DNA of 64,000 nucleotides from Candidatus Poribacteria bacterium (GCA_022822085.1 JAJECK010000005.1:6048-70047); one strand, 5' to 3'; shown: positions 19,254-30,011, counted from the stretch's first letter. Notes: generated by a model not told the origin, from the sequence alone. A program made the numbers and translations.

Positions 19254-19766
19254 ATGTCAGTTGAAAAAGATCTACAGTTAACTCAACATATTGCCGAGTT
19301 AGAAAAATCCATCTACCAAATTCAAGCAGCAATAGTTGAAAAAACTGAGATGAAATCTAAGTTAGAAGCAACAATTACCGCGTTTCAAGAGCACGTAGAA
19401 AAGACAAGAACTGAAGCGGAAACCGAGTTCAAAGAATCCATCAATCAAATTCAAGAAGTAATAGATGCAAGAAAAGCAGAACAAAGATCACTCCAGAATC
19501 AAATGCGTGATGCAACTTCAATTAAGAAAAAAGAGTGGGTAAAAGCGTGTATTGAAAACTTGCAAAAAAGCATCACACATCTTGAAGAAGGACTAAAAGG
19601 TAGACAAAACAATTTAACCGAGATTGAAACAATGTTCTCTCTACGTAATCCGGATTTTGTAAGTAGGAAAGAAACTTTAACTGAGGTGGAAAAAAGCATC
19701 GTCCATCATAAGCAAGAACTAATAAATAAGCAAAACGCACTGTTAAGGCTTAAACAGCATCAATAA
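19254..19766 (+). CDS. Coiled-coil protein of unknown function
   Basis: Heptad-rich and highly charged, with no recognisable motif. An alternative start at 19224 is possible. Confidence 0.45.
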   Translation: MSVEKDLQLTQHIAELEKSIYQIQAAIVEKTEMKSKLEATITAFQEHVEKTRTEAETEFKESINQIQEVIDARKAEQRSLQNQMRDATSIKKKEWVKACIENLQKSITHLEEGLKGRQNNLTEIETMFSLRNPDFVSRKETLTEVEKSIVHHKQELINKQNALLRLKQHQ

Positions 19767-19865
19767 CCGGCTTTTACGGACGCACATGTGATACTTGGTT
19801 AATATAATCTACATTTTTTTAGGTTACAATCAAACCTACAAACGATATAATTGATATAAAGACAG

Positions 19866-19900
19866 TTGGTTGAAGCATTAGTCTTCAACCACTTTTTTTA
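19866..19900. terminator. Rho-independent terminator (8-bp stem ggttgaag/cttcaacc followed by a T7 run) at the convergent gene junction
   Basis: ggttgaagcattagtcttcaacc followed by actttttttatc. Overlaps the stop codon of the minus-strand gene. Confidence 0.6.
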
Positions 19901-20880
19901 TCTCCGCACCGATGTTATTCGCTGATGTAATAAAGCAGGTGCCACCACTCGGTAACTTTCTCAAGAATTCTTCTGTTTTCCGTTTCAGGGATTCAATATC
20001 CTCACTCACAGCACAGATAGCCGGTCCCCAACTGCTAACACCTGCCCCCAATGCCCCATTAGTTTGTAAAAAGTCAAGTGTCTGCTGAAGTTCTGATCCT
20101 TGTGCATCAATCTCCACCCTTTTCCATCCAAATGTTTGAATCTCGTTCAAAGCTTTACCCAAACTATGCATATCATTTTCAAGGATAGCAGGCAAAACTT
20201 GAAACAGCAAAATATGTGACAATTTCGGGGCAACAGATGCAGGTTGTGGACAGCGTGTCCGGAATAGGTCTAATTCTTGCTCGCCGTAAATACGAGAACA
20301 ATTGGGTAAAACAGTGAGGAGTTGCCATTCAGGAAATGCGTGTCGGAATAAAATCGGAGGGGGTGAAATACTATCTGCAGCAGCGGATGGTAGAAAGGAG
20401 GATTTCTGTTCAGGATAGCGATGTCCACCATCTACAATAAAACCGCCAGTTTCAAACGCAGCAACACCGATACCAGAGGTGCCACCACGTCCAACAGCAT
20501 TGGCTAATTCCAAGAGATTTAAATTCAGATTGTAAAGGGTATTCACGGCAGAAGCGATGCCGAGGGAGAGTTGCGTTCCTGAACCGAACCCACTATGTGT
20601 TGGGATTTCAGAGAGAAGTTGTAACTTGATACCTGGGAAATGATAGATTTTTTGCAGGCGTGTGAGGATTTCACTTGCCCGCTCACTGTATCCGGCAGAC
20701 TCAACATGTATCTCGGTTGATGGTTCTGCAACAATTTGGAAGTTCGGTTCATTGATAGCTAATCCGAACCCACCATCGATTCGTCCGAGTTTGCCGTTCA
20801 AGTCTATCAAAGAAAAATGCAGTCTGGAGGGGGTTGTAATTCTGACTTCTTTGATTACAGATTTATTCTCGCCTTTCATC
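19878..20880 (-). CDS. GHMP-kinase-superfamily protein, beta-RFAP-synthase-like
   Basis: GHMP N-motif [21 protein letters not shown] plus [12 protein letters not shown]. The start was moved to the ATG (MKGENKS) embedded in the last codons of the ABC ATPase gene (gat gAA AGG cga gaa taa), giving a 17-nt overlap. The longer 390-aa ORF in the track is rejected. Confidence 0.5.
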
Positions 20881-21543
20881 TTGCTCAATGAGTCCATCCC
20901 GAATGTGGAGGACACGTCGCGCATGTTCTGCCACCTCTGGTTCATGTGTAACCATGATAATTGTATTACCTTCATCATTAAGGCGGTCAAAAATTGCGAG
21001 AATTTCAGCACCAGAACGGGTATCCAAGTTTCCTGTCGGTTCATCCGCAAAAATCATTGATGGTTTGTTCACAAGAGCTCGCGCAATCGCAACCCGTTGC
21101 ACCTGTCCACCGGACAGTTCTGTAGATTTATGGTCGACACGGTCAGCTAATCCAACTGCCTCTAAGGATTCAAATGCTCTACGTTTTCGTTCTTTTCTTC
21201 CTAAACCTGAGTAGATAAGCGGTAGTTCAACATTATGGAGTGCACTTGTTCGGGGGAGAAGATTGAATGATTGAAACACAAAGCCAATCTTTTTATTTCG
21301 AATATCCGCTAAACGATTATCAGAGAGTTTCCCTACCTCTTCACCTTCGAGGAAATATTCGCCTGCAGTTGGTGTCGCAAGGCACCCCAAGATATCCATC
21401 ATAGTAGATTTACCGGAACCTGAAGGTCCCATAATTGCAATAAATTCTCCGGATTCTACGGTGAAGGTTACGCCGCGTAAAGCGTGCACCTGCACATCAC
21501 CCATCTCATAGACTTTTGTTATATCACTGACATCAATTAACAT
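20863..21543 (-). CDS. ABC transporter ATP-binding protein (MacB/LolD-type ATPase domain only)
   Basis: Walker [10 protein letters not shown]. Signature [15 protein letters not shown]. Walker [13 protein letters not shown]-loop. 226 aa with no fused permease. Confidence 0.9.
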   Translation of the reverse strand: MLIDVSDITKVYEMGDVQVHALRGVTFTVESGEFIAIMGPSGSGKSTMMDILGCLATPTAGEYFLEGEEVGKLSDNRLADIRNKKIGFVFQSFNLLPRTSALHNVELPLIYSGLGRKERKRRAFESLEAVGLADRVDHKSTELSGGQVQRVAIARALVNKPSMIFADEPTGNLDTRSGAEILAIFDRLNDEGNTIIMVTHEPEVAEHARRVLHIRDGLIEQDERRE

Positions 21544-21680
21544 GTTTCGCTATTCCCTCCTTGTTAGTATAATAATTTAGCAGTTGGACTTGTCATGTAA
21601 TTCTGTACACTTCTTGGTATTACAACTTGTGTTAGTTAACTAATTGTTTTTGTTTTATTTACAGTTATTGGGTTTAAATT

Positions 21681-21777
21681 ATAAACATATCGTCCCTACG
21701 GGACTAAAGAACGGACAATCCAATGAGAAGTATTTACATAACAAATCGTTAATGTTGAATAATGCTTAACATATAGT
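21681..21777. repeat. REP-like hairpin repeat (ataaacatatcgtccctacgggactaaaga) plus conserved 70-bp tail; single copy of the family also found at 55027-55297
   Basis: About 90% identical to 55199-55297. Hairpin core gtccc-tac-gggac. Intergenic position between the efflux adaptor gene and the ABC ATPase gene. Confidence 0.75.
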
Positions 21778-21799
21778 TATTTAGTACAACTTGTTGGTA

Positions 21800-23758
21800 T
21801 TATTTACTTTTATTTGATTCTCCCTTTGTCAATTCCATCATAGAAGGCACAAAGACACGATCACCTTCTTTTAGTCCGTGGACGACTTCAAAGTGTGTTT
21901 TATTACGTTTACCAACTTTAATATGCGTTTTTACGCCTTTTTCCCCGTTCTTCTTCTTTGATGGTTCCCCTGTGTCAAGCTTAACAAAATGCTGGCGTTC
22001 ACTCCTGATTTCTGCTTCAATATTAGACAAACGGTTGTTTTCCGAGATCACGATGACAATTTCAGTAGGACCTGGACGCATACCTTTTGGTGGTTCGTCA
22101 AACAAGATTTCAAGATTGCCACGCGTTTCCGATGGTGAGATTTTGCTAACCTGTCCATCAAATTGATTACCAATTAGATTTTGAACTTTTAACCGCTGTC
22201 CTTGTTGGAATTGTCCGATTACATCTGAATTGACTGTGGCTCTGACTGTAAATACCTCTGGACTTAAAACCGCTGCAATCGGAATTTGAAGGATATCCTT
22301 TTTTTCAAAGACAATGATATCTACATCGGCAGACATCCCCGGTAATAGTTGAAATTCTTCCTCTGGTATATCTACTTCAATTTCTACCTCAAAGGTTATT
22401 ACAGCATTTCCACCTTGTGGGCGATGCGTGGAACTGGGTGAAATTTCACTCACTCTACCATTAAACACCTTATTTCGATAACTATCGACTCGGATTTCTA
22501 CACGTTGTTGTTCTTTTATCTTACCGATTTCTACCTGATTGATTTGGGTTATGACTATCATCTTTGTAAGGTCAGCGATACGCATGATAGCCTCCCCACG
22601 CGAAAATGCTGAACGTCCAGAAGTGATAATCTCCCCCTCTTCCACAGATATGCGAGTAATTGTCCCAGACATAGGAGCTTTGACCGTTGTCCAAGATAAC
22701 CTTTCCTCCTGAGATTTCAGCCGGCTTGCAGCTTGAAGGAGGTTGGCTTGTGCGCTGACTTTGGAATGTTTTGTCAGTTCCTTTTCTTCTTCAGTGGTTT
22801 CTTCAGTCTGTTTAAGTCGGGTTTGCGCATTTTCCAAATCCGCTTTGAGCTGCTTTTCCTGTGCATCTTGCGATTCTTTTACTGTTTGGACGTTCTTTTT
22901 ATTTAGGGCAAGCGTTGCCTCTCTACTTTTGATCGCCTCCTTCATCGCATTTATATTTTCTTCACGAGATTTAATTGTCTCCTTTTGAGACTCAACCTCT
23001 TTCTGGGCAGTCTCGTATTGCGATGTATTGAGTACGAGTTGTTTTTGTGATTGTTCTAATGCTTGCTGTGATATTAATTCCTTTTTATATAAATCTTCAT
23101 TCCGTTTGTGTTCCGACTGAGTTGTTTCAAGCGTAACTTTTGCGGATTGTACATTTACATTGGCACGATCGAGCGTTAGTTTTGCCTGTGTTAATGAGAT
23201 TTCATCCTGTTTCAGTGAAATTTTGTCTCGGTTGAGAAGATTTTGTGTTGTCGCTACGAGAGTCTCTGCTTCCGTGATACGTTGTTGTTTGTTTGCAGCA
23301 AAAGAAACGAGAGATGCGTTAGATTTTGCTACCGCATTTCTTGCCTGCAGAAGATCACTTGTTTCGCGTTTTTCTGCTATCTGTATACGAAGTTCCGATT
23401 GATCTAATTCAGCTTTACGCGCATCCCGATAAGCTTCTGCCTGCTTCATATCCTCTATAATCTGTTCATCGTCAATTTTTAGGAGTGGGGCACCCGCTTC
23501 TACAAGTTCCGATTCTTCAACATAAATATCCAAAATTTCGCCTTCTACGTTGGAACGGACATCTACCTCAACAAGAGAACGAAGTCTACCAGACTCTTGA
23601 ACTTTTACAAGAAATTCACCACGCCGGACTACCTCTCGCTTGTCCTCATCATCATCACTATTATTCCCAAATTTAATTTGGGTCGCGCCTATAACCCCAA
23701 TCACAATCACTACTACGGCGATTGAACCGAATATAAACCACTTTTTACCAATTTTCAT
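21800..23758 (-). CDS. HlyD-family periplasmic adaptor (membrane fusion protein) with an unusually long coiled-coil hairpin
   Basis: N-terminal TM anchor. About 300 aa of coiled coil. Lipoyl-like and beta-barrel segments (ISVEEGEIITSG, ADLTKMIVITQINQVEIGKI). Confidence 0.8.
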   Translation of the reverse strand: MKIGKKWFIFGSIAVVVIVIGVIGATQIKFGNNSDDDEDKREVVRRGEFLVKVQESGRLRSLVEVDVRSNVEGEILDIYVEESELVEAGAPLLKIDDEQIIEDMKQAEAYRDARKAELDQSELRIQIAEKRETSDLLQARNAVAKSNASLVSFAANKQQRITEAETLVATTQNLLNRDKISLKQDEISLTQAKLTLDRANVNVQSAKVTLETTQSEHKRNEDLYKKELISQQALEQSQKQLVLNTSQYETAQKEVESQKETIKSREENINAMKEAIKSREATLALNKKNVQTVKESQDAQEKQLKADLENAQTRLKQTEETTEEEKELTKHSKVSAQANLLQAASRLKSQEERLSWTTVKAPMSGTITRISVEEGEIITSGRSAFSRGEAIMRIADLTKMIVITQINQVEIGKIKEQQRVEIRVDSYRNKVFNGRVSEISPSSTHRPQGGNAVITFEVEIEVDIPEEEFQLLPGMSADVDIIVFEKKDILQIPIAAVLSPEVFTVRATVNSDVIGQFQQGQRLKVQNLIGNQFDGQVSKISPSETRGNLEILFDEPPKGMRPGPTEIVIVISENNRLSNIEAEIRSERQHFVKLDTGEPSKKKNGEKGVKTHIKVGKRNKTHFEVVHGLKEGDRVFVPSMMELTKGESNKSK

Positions 23759-23760
23759 GA

Positions 23761-25101
23761 TTACTGTAAGACTCCCATTGCATCCTGCAATCGTGCCAGG
23801 GCAATTTTGTAATCGTAAAATGCATTAACTTGATTTGTCAATGCTTGTGCATAACTTGTTTGTGCATCAAGCACTTCAAGCAGAATTGCCTTTCCCACTC
23901 TATACCGTCCTTGAATGACTTCTAAACTCAGTCGGGCATTTTCTACCTGTGTGTTGGATATTTCTACTACCGTTTCGCTTCGTTTTAGATTGAGATAGCT
24001 TTGTCGCACATCGAGTGCGACAGACCGTTCTAAGTCGCTGGCATTTTCACGCGCCTGTTCTAACTGCATGCTGCGTTCCTTGACGATATTCCCCAACACG
24101 CCACCATCATAAAGCGTAAAGTTGAGGGATGCCCCGACACTCCAACTCCGAAATTCAGAGAAATTTATTCGTTCGCGCAAGTAATTATCAAGGTCTACGT
24201 TATAGTTTGCATTTGCGCTCAACCGGGGCCAACGTTGCAATTTCGAAAGTGTTAAACTCCATTCCTGTTGTTTTAGTGACGCTTCGGTTTCCTTAAATTC
24301 CGGTCGATTATCAAGTGCGGTCTGTATCGCTTCTTCAACAGTAATCTGTATCTTTTCAATCGTTCCTCTATCCAGATAGAGTTGAAAGGATTCGTCAACT
24401 TCTACGGTAATAAGTGATCCTGGGTCTAATCCCATGAGGCGTGGCAAAGTCGCTTGTGAAATTTGCAGAGCATTTTGATTGTTAACCAATGACAATTCAT
24501 TACTTGCTTGACGAACTCTTGCAGTTGCAACATCAGCAGGAATAAGAACACCTGCCTCTTTCAAAGCAATGGTTTGTTCTGTGTCCTCTATCGACCTTGC
24601 CAACACATCTTCACTTACCTTGACAAGTTCGGTGTCTTTAAGCACATTATAATATGCTTGTGTAATTTGCAGGATTACACTCTGTTTTAATCCCTCATTT
24701 CTGTTAGTTGTTGCTTTTAACCCTTCTTTTGCTTGTGCTAAACCCACTTCCCGTTGTCCATTATCCCAGAGCGTATAACGTCCTGTCAACCCTAAATTGT
24801 AGTTTTCGGGTTCAAATCCGAAGTCAAGCCGGTCATTGGAGTTATAGCTGCCAGACGAGGTAATAATAGGGAAATAATCTGCGCGTGCATTTTTCAAACG
24901 TAGTTCCTGAATAGCAAGGCTCAGTCGGGCATTTCGCATACTGGTTGATCTTTCCAACCCCAATTGGATACACTGTTCAAGGGTCAGCGGTTGAGATAAA
25001 TCAATTTCCTGCGGTTCTTGCGCGTCCACACACAGCAATACTGTACATTGTATAATAACCAAAATTAATGTTAACCTAATAATCCATTGAAGCATTAGCA
25101 T
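23761..25101 (-). CDS. TolC-like outer-membrane efflux protein
   Basis: Signal peptide. Two OEP repeats. 446 aa. Its stop is 3 nt from the start of the adaptor gene. Confidence 0.8.
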   Translation of the reverse strand: MLMLQWIIRLTLILVIIQCTVLLCVDAQEPQEIDLSQPLTLEQCIQLGLERSTSMRNARLSLAIQELRLKNARADYFPIITSSGSYNSNDRLDFGFEPENYNLGLTGRYTLWDNGQREVGLAQAKEGLKATTNRNEGLKQSVILQITQAYYNVLKDTELVKVSEDVLARSIEDTEQTIALKEAGVLIPADVATARVRQASNELSLVNNQNALQISQATLPRLMGLDPGSLITVEVDESFQLYLDRGTIEKIQITVEEAIQTALDNRPEFKETEASLKQQEWSLTLSKLQRWPRLSANANYNVDLDNYLRERINFSEFRSWSVGASLNFTLYDGGVLGNIVKERSMQLEQARENASDLERSVALDVRQSYLNLKRSETVVEISNTQVENARLSLEVIQGRYRVGKAILLEVLDAQTSYAQALTNQVNAFYDYKIALARLQDAMGVLQ

Positions 25102-25332
25102 CTCCTTACGACAACTTAAACTTTTCCTGCTGAAGATTGTGATATTAATGTTTTCACTTGTATATTTTTGACAAAAATCAATTTCAAAAGTTCAGGACAT
25201 ATTTTGAGAGACATATTATGGTATGGTATATGATTAATTTTGACGCATTTATATGGAATAAAGTTTAGTATTTATTGAGAGGACTATTCAAGTAAAATAG
25301 TTTGAAGAATTTCAGGAGATGTGTATAACTGA

Positions 25333-25520
25333 ATGAAGATTAAGAAAATAAATCTGTCCTTTGGCGAGGTTAGGAAGAAATCAAGAAATCAACGGTATGA
25401 ATGACATTTAGTCATTCCCCGGGTATGAATGCCATTTAGGCATTCCCCGCCTCGCCAGCGGAGGAGCGAAACCTGCCTCGTCCGGATAAAAAAGGACCGA
25501 TTTAATAAATTAATCTTCAT
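25333..25520. mobile_element. MITE-like element, copy 1 (188 bp), with imperfect terminal inverted repeats and internal nested hairpins
   Basis: Left end ATGAAGATTAAGAAAATAAATCTGTCCTTT. Right end AAAAAGGACCGATTTAATAAATTAATCTTCAT. Internal ggcgagg...cctcgcc long stem enclosing gaatgac/gtcattc and gaatgcc/ggcattc hairpins. Confidence 0.65.
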
Positions 25521-25690
25521 AGAGTTATAGTATCGGCAGGTTTCGCTGAGGAGTAACTTATTGGAAAAAATATAATATCAAGTGAGTTCGGTACAACCAA
25601 TTATGGAAAGCAGTGCGATCAGAAAACCGTACCATACGCGTCAATAATTTAAGGAAATATTTCTTGTTCTAAAAACCCTTCTGAATAGCT

Positions 25691-25835
25691 CCGAAGATTG
25701 AGACTGTCCCATATTTCAGTCCCACTGAATGCCGAAAAGGCATTCATAGCATTGATTTGGTAGGGACTGAAGAGCACTTAAATTGTTCCAAATATGCATA
25801 ATGAAAAAGGACCGATTTAATTACTTAATCTTCAT
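25691..25835. mobile_element. MITE-like element, copy 3 (degenerate left end)
   Basis: Right end AAAAAGGACCGATTTAATTACTTAATCTTCAT matches copy 1. Left end cgAAGATTgAG. Internal tgaatgcc/ggcattca hairpin and a gggactgaag motif. Confidence 0.5.
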
Positions 25836-25966
25836 TTAGTTTGCGTATCAGAATATAGAAAACAGAATAAACCTTGCTCAACACTGATTTTTCTTGCAAA
25901 TTTACCTTGATTTCTGTAAAATAAGCGAACAAAATACAATATCTATCAATTCCAAAGTCTTGAGTT

Positions 25967-27634
25967 ATGATAAATACAATACAAAAATCTATTTTAATAG
26001 GACTTTTCATCTTTTTTGTAGTGCTTACAGAATGGAATGTCTACGCAGACCCAGTCGATTCAGAAACCTATTGGCTGATGGTTGATACCTCTCCTGATGC
26101 TGATGCAAATGCCCTGTTTAAGTCTTTAGACAAACTATTGAAAGAAAAAGGAAAGGTTCTTCAGGAAAATATACAACGCCTTAAAGGTGATAGAGCAACG
26201 AAAGATGAAATTGAGAATGCCCTCATTGACATAGGGACCTTGTCAGATAAGATTAGGATGAATAGTCTAATTTTTCTGTATCATGGGGAAGTATCTAAAC
26301 AACCACGCGGAAACGCAATGCACATTTCAACACAATCTGAAGAAACCCTGCAAGATTCTGAACTCAATCAATGGCTTAAAGCGGCAGGCACAAATCGTAT
26401 CCTTGTTATCATTGATGGTTACGCCTATGATGAAAGACTTACCGTCTATTACGCAAATAGAGTAACCCTTGGCACCGCTGCATTAAATGTAATTCATCCT
26501 GCAGAAACGGCTGATAGAACAGGTAAGAAATCCTTTCTTCACGCATTAATTAATACCTTAGCCACAGAAACAATTGACGCAGATGATAACAGGCACATCA
26601 GCATAATTGAGATATATCAGCATTTACAAAACGAATATTCTTTTGAGAATGCCATTTTTGCACCTACGGGTAATGTTGAAGAAACTGTTATGAAACTCAG
26701 CCCGGCAGTTAAAGTCACATCGTTTCCAGAAGGGGCACAGATTCTGTTAAACGGTAAAGAAAATGGAATTACGCCTAAGCTATTCACGAACAATTTACAG
26801 CAAGGAACTTATACTGTCTCCATAAAGAAACCAGGATATCTAAGTCCAGAGGAAAAGACTGATGAACTAAAGTTAACACAGGGTGAAGTTATCAATTTTA
26901 TTTCGGTACTTAAACCGATTTCTGTTTACGGTACTGTTACAGGCCCTCCCGATATACCGGTGTCAGAAACAAAAGTTTCAATTGATGGTACTGACTATGT
27001 TGAGATCGTGGGAGAAGATGGCAAATTTTCATTCAAAGACTGGAAAGTCTCGGCAATGCTAACCCCCGGAACAGATTACACGCTTTACGCAAAGCAAGGA
27101 GATTTCCATCACGGTTCTGTAACTTTCACGTTCGACGGATATGAAGCGATTAACCAACCGATAGAATTGATTAAAAAAACATGGTTTGAAATCGCCGAAA
27201 TGGAATATAGTCGGGATGCCCATCAGAAAGCGATTGAAGCCTTCCAAAATGGTATAGCAACAACAACAGATTTTCCACAGATGTCAAAAGAATTAACAGT
27301 TTTGCTATTTTCATCTTTTGCCGATGCTATTGATCGTGGAGAGGTGGAAGACATCAATTATATTGTCGCCACAGCAAAGTTAGCAGAGGCATATCAACAG
27401 CCAGAAGCCGCTAAAAAGTATTGGAAACAGGTGTTATTGAGTGCAGAAAAAGGCACATCCGCTGCGAAATTAGCAGGACAGCGTCTGTGGCAGATGAACC
27501 CCTGGCGGATTGTTATCAATATCGGTGTGGGTTGTTTGCTGATTATCATAATCGCCTCTGGTATTTGGACATTTTTCCGATATAGAAAATTGGTGCAAAC
27601 TGAGACTGAGACTGAGGCTGAAACAGATGCGTGA
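25967..27634 (+). CDS. Secreted, C-terminally membrane-anchored protein with a PEGA domain and an Ig-like beta-sandwich; the N-terminal region may be caspase-like but lacks a catalytic Cys
   Basis: Signal peptide. PEGA motif VKVTSFPEGAQILLNGKENGITP...GTYTVSIKKPGY. C-terminal TM helix IVINIGVGCLLIIIIASGIWTFF. LYHGEV / IIDGYAYDE resembles a caspase His/Cys block with the Cys replaced. Confidence 0.5.
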   Translation: MINTIQKSILIGLFIFFVVLTEWNVYADPVDSETYWLMVDTSPDADANALFKSLDKLLKEKGKVLQENIQRLKGDRATKDEIENALIDIGTLSDKIRMNSLIFLYHGEVSKQPRGNAMHISTQSEETLQDSELNQWLKAAGTNRILVIIDGYAYDERLTVYYANRVTLGTAALNVIHPAETADRTGKKSFLHALINTLATETIDADDNRHISIIEIYQHLQNEYSFENAIFAPTGNVEETVMKLSPAVKVTSFPEGAQILLNGKENGITPKLFTNNLQQGTYTVSIKKPGYLSPEEKTDELKLTQGEVINFISVLKPISVYGTVTGPPDIPVSETKVSIDGTDYVEIVGEDGKFSFKDWKVSAMLTPGTDYTLYAKQGDFHHGSVTFTFDGYEAINQPIELIKKTWFEIAEMEYSRDAHQKAIEAFQNGIATTTDFPQMSKELTVLLFSSFADAIDRGEVEDINYIVATAKLAEAYQQPEAAKKYWKQVLLSAEKGTSAAKLAGQRLWQMNPWRIVINIGVGCLLIIIIASGIWTFFRYRKLVQTETETEAETDA

Positions 27635-29075
27635 GAACCCGCCGAATATCCTATGGATATGTAGCGACCAACAACGATTTGATACACTCGGTTGCTACGG
27701 AAATCCTTATGTCCATACTCCGAATTTAGACAATTTAGCACAAGAAGGTGTGCTTTTTAAAAACGCTTATTCGCAAAGTCCCGTCTGCACACCAAGTAGA
27801 GCCAGTTTCCTCACTGGACGCTACCCGCGTACCACAAGATGTCGGCAAAATGGACAAGCAATCCCACCGGATGAAATGCTGATAACAAAACTGCTTCAAG
27901 ATGCAGGGTATGTATGTGGTTTGGCTGGCAAACTTCACCTTGCACCGTGCAATCCACGTGTATGTAAGGGCACTGAACAACGGATTGACGATGGATATGA
28001 CCAGTTCTTCTGGTCACACGATCCGGCAGATGCTTGGGCAACACACGATTATATTCAATGGCTTTCAGATAAAGGGCTCCGACGGGATAGCACACCGTTT
28101 TCCGATTCAAAATATGTCCGAGTGCTTCCATCTGAGGAACATAGTCAAACGACATGGAGTATTGAACGTGCAATGTCATTTATTGGCAGCGCATCAAGGT
28201 TTAAGCAACCGTGGCTATTCTCTGTGAATATGTTTGATCCACACCATGCTTTTGACCCGCCAGTTGCAGCGTTAGAAAGATACAGAGACATATTAGATGA
28301 AATTCCATTACCGAACTATGTTGAAGGTGAACTTGATAATAAACCGATATGGCAACAGATTGATCACGGTGCTGCTTACGGTGGGAAATCGGGGTATCCT
28401 TACAAAGATATGAGCGAATCTGATCACCGTTGGGTAACCGCTGCGTATTGGGCAATGATTGATGTTATAGACACGCAGATCGGAAGATTGTTTGACTTTT
28501 TAGAGGAGGCAGGACAACGAGAAAACACAATCGTTATCTTCACATCAGACCACGGAGAAATGCTTGGTGACCACGGTATCTACCTGAAAGGCCCTTATTT
28601 CTACGAACCTGCTATCCGCGTGCCACTGATTATCTCTGGACCGGGGATGCTAAATAACGGAGCGAGTTCAAATGCCCTCGTAGAATTAGTGGATTTAGCA
28701 CCGACTCTTTTGGAAGCAAGCGGTTTAGAACGTTATCTCGGTATGCAAGGGCAAAGTCTTCTACCTCTACTAACAGGTGAAAAAAGTCTGGATTCGCATC
28801 GGGACGATGTTTATTGTGAGTATTACAACGCTATGCCGTGGCACAGTGAACCCGCTGCAAACGCCACGATGGTTCGGAGTGAACACTATAAATTAGTTGT
28901 AGCACACGGCACAGATAGTGGTGAACTTTATGACTTGGTTGATGATCCGAATGAGACACACAATCGTTGGGATAATCCAGACTATACAGATGTAAAATTA
29001 GATATGCAAGAACGACTTATTCATCGGATGGCATGGACAGTTGACCCATTACCAGAACGTCAAGCACCTTGGTAG
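27627..29075 (+). CDS. Arylsulfatase (formylglycine-dependent sulfatase family)
   Basis: Sulfatase signature SPVCTPSRASFLTGRYP. GKLHL. Overlaps the upstream gene by 8 nt. Confidence 0.9.
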   Translation: MRENPPNILWICSDQQRFDTLGCYGNPYVHTPNLDNLAQEGVLFKNAYSQSPVCTPSRASFLTGRYPRTTRCRQNGQAIPPDEMLITKLLQDAGYVCGLAGKLHLAPCNPRVCKGTEQRIDDGYDQFFWSHDPADAWATHDYIQWLSDKGLRRDSTPFSDSKYVRVLPSEEHSQTTWSIERAMSFIGSASRFKQPWLFSVNMFDPHHAFDPPVAALERYRDILDEIPLPNYVEGELDNKPIWQQIDHGAAYGGKSGYPYKDMSESDHRWVTAAYWAMIDVIDTQIGRLFDFLEEAGQRENTIVIFTSDHGEMLGDHGIYLKGPYFYEPAIRVPLIISGPGMLNNGASSNALVELVDLAPTLLEASGLERYLGMQGQSLLPLLTGEKSLDSHRDDVYCEYYNAMPWHSEPAANATMVRSEHYKLVVAHGTDSGELYDLVDDPNETHNRWDNPDYTDVKLDMQERLIHRMAWTVDPLPERQAPW

Positions 29076-29102
29076 GAATAGTGTAAAAAGGAAAAGGGTA
29101 AT

Positions 29103-29705
29103 TTGAAGTATCTCCAACCTCGATCAAATTTTGTAAGACTAACCATCATTCTAATTGTCTTTTGGGGTATAACAGGATCAGAAGTAAACGCTGATAATAT
29201 CTTAGCACGATGGGATCAGCGACTCTTTGACCGTTTCTACGATGCCCCGCCACATAGTGAACCGATGTGGACAGCGATGGAGGTAACTACAGAGTTTGGG
29301 CATTACCGATCCGTCATGGGGTTATCTATCTTACTGATGGCTTATGGGAATAAGGATCGTCAAAACACTGGGAGGTTGTTATCTTCAGCATATTTAAGCA
29401 CTGGAGTTATCACCTATGGAATGAAACAGTTGTTTCAACGCAAGCGACCACTTGATGATATGCTCGGAAATCCATCAATGCCATCGGGACATGCTTCAAT
29501 AGCGTTTAGTGCTGCAACAATTCTTGGGTATCGTTATCCGAAATGGCGAATACCGTTATACCTGGGTGCGGGATTGGTAGGTTTTTCGCGTATCTATCTG
29601 GGGCGGCACTATACTTCTGATGTGTTAGTCGGGGCAGTGATAGGAACTACAATGGGTGTGATAGTCTGGCATAATCGTGTAACACTGTTGCAGTGGAAGT
29701 TTTAG
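29103..29705 (+). CDS. PAP2-family phosphatase (membrane-associated)
   Basis: KRPLDD ... PSGHAS ... SRIYLGRHYTSD tripartite PAP2 motif. TTG start per the ORF track. Confidence 0.8.
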   Translation: MKYLQPRSNFVRLTIILIVFWGITGSEVNADNILARWDQRLFDRFYDAPPHSEPMWTAMEVTTEFGHYRSVMGLSILLMAYGNKDRQNTGRLLSSAYLSTGVITYGMKQLFQRKRPLDDMLGNPSMPSGHASIAFSAATILGYRYPKWRIPLYLGAGLVGFSRIYLGRHYTSDVLVGAVIGTTMGVIVWHNRVTLLQWKF

Positions 29706-29804
29706 ACCTAAAGGAAACCTTACGTAAAGCAATTCAGTATTTACCTTCATAGCGATTGACAATTCTAACTAACGGAATGTATAATTACAATAAGGAGGGT
29801 ATAT

Positions 29805-30011
29805 ATGCTAAAAATCAATCCCCAATACCTTTTTAATGACAAGGGTGAGAAAACTGGTGCTCTTTTGTCAATTAAAGAATTCCAACTGCTCATGCAGTAC
29901 CTTGAAGATTTGGAGGATGCTATAGAGATGGATGCTGCTGTCAAAACCGAAACAGACTTTCGTGACTATCAAGATGTTCAAGCTGAGTTAATAAGAGAAG
30001 GAAAACTTTGA
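29805..30011 (+). CDS. Type II antitoxin (RelB/ParD-like) paired with the downstream RelE/ParE toxin
   Basis: 68 aa. Acidic C-terminus. Its stop abuts the start of the toxin gene. Confidence 0.5.
   Translation: MLKINPQYLFNDKGEKTGALLSIKEFQLLMQYLEDLEDAIEMDAAVKTETDFRDYQDVQAELIREGKL

Noticed and set aside
19878-21050. 390-aa long form of the GHMP-like ORF
   Set aside because: The first 57 codons lie antisense-independent inside the ABC ATPase coding region. An in-frame ATG (MKGENKS) embedded in the ATPase's last codons gives a sensible coupled start at 20880.
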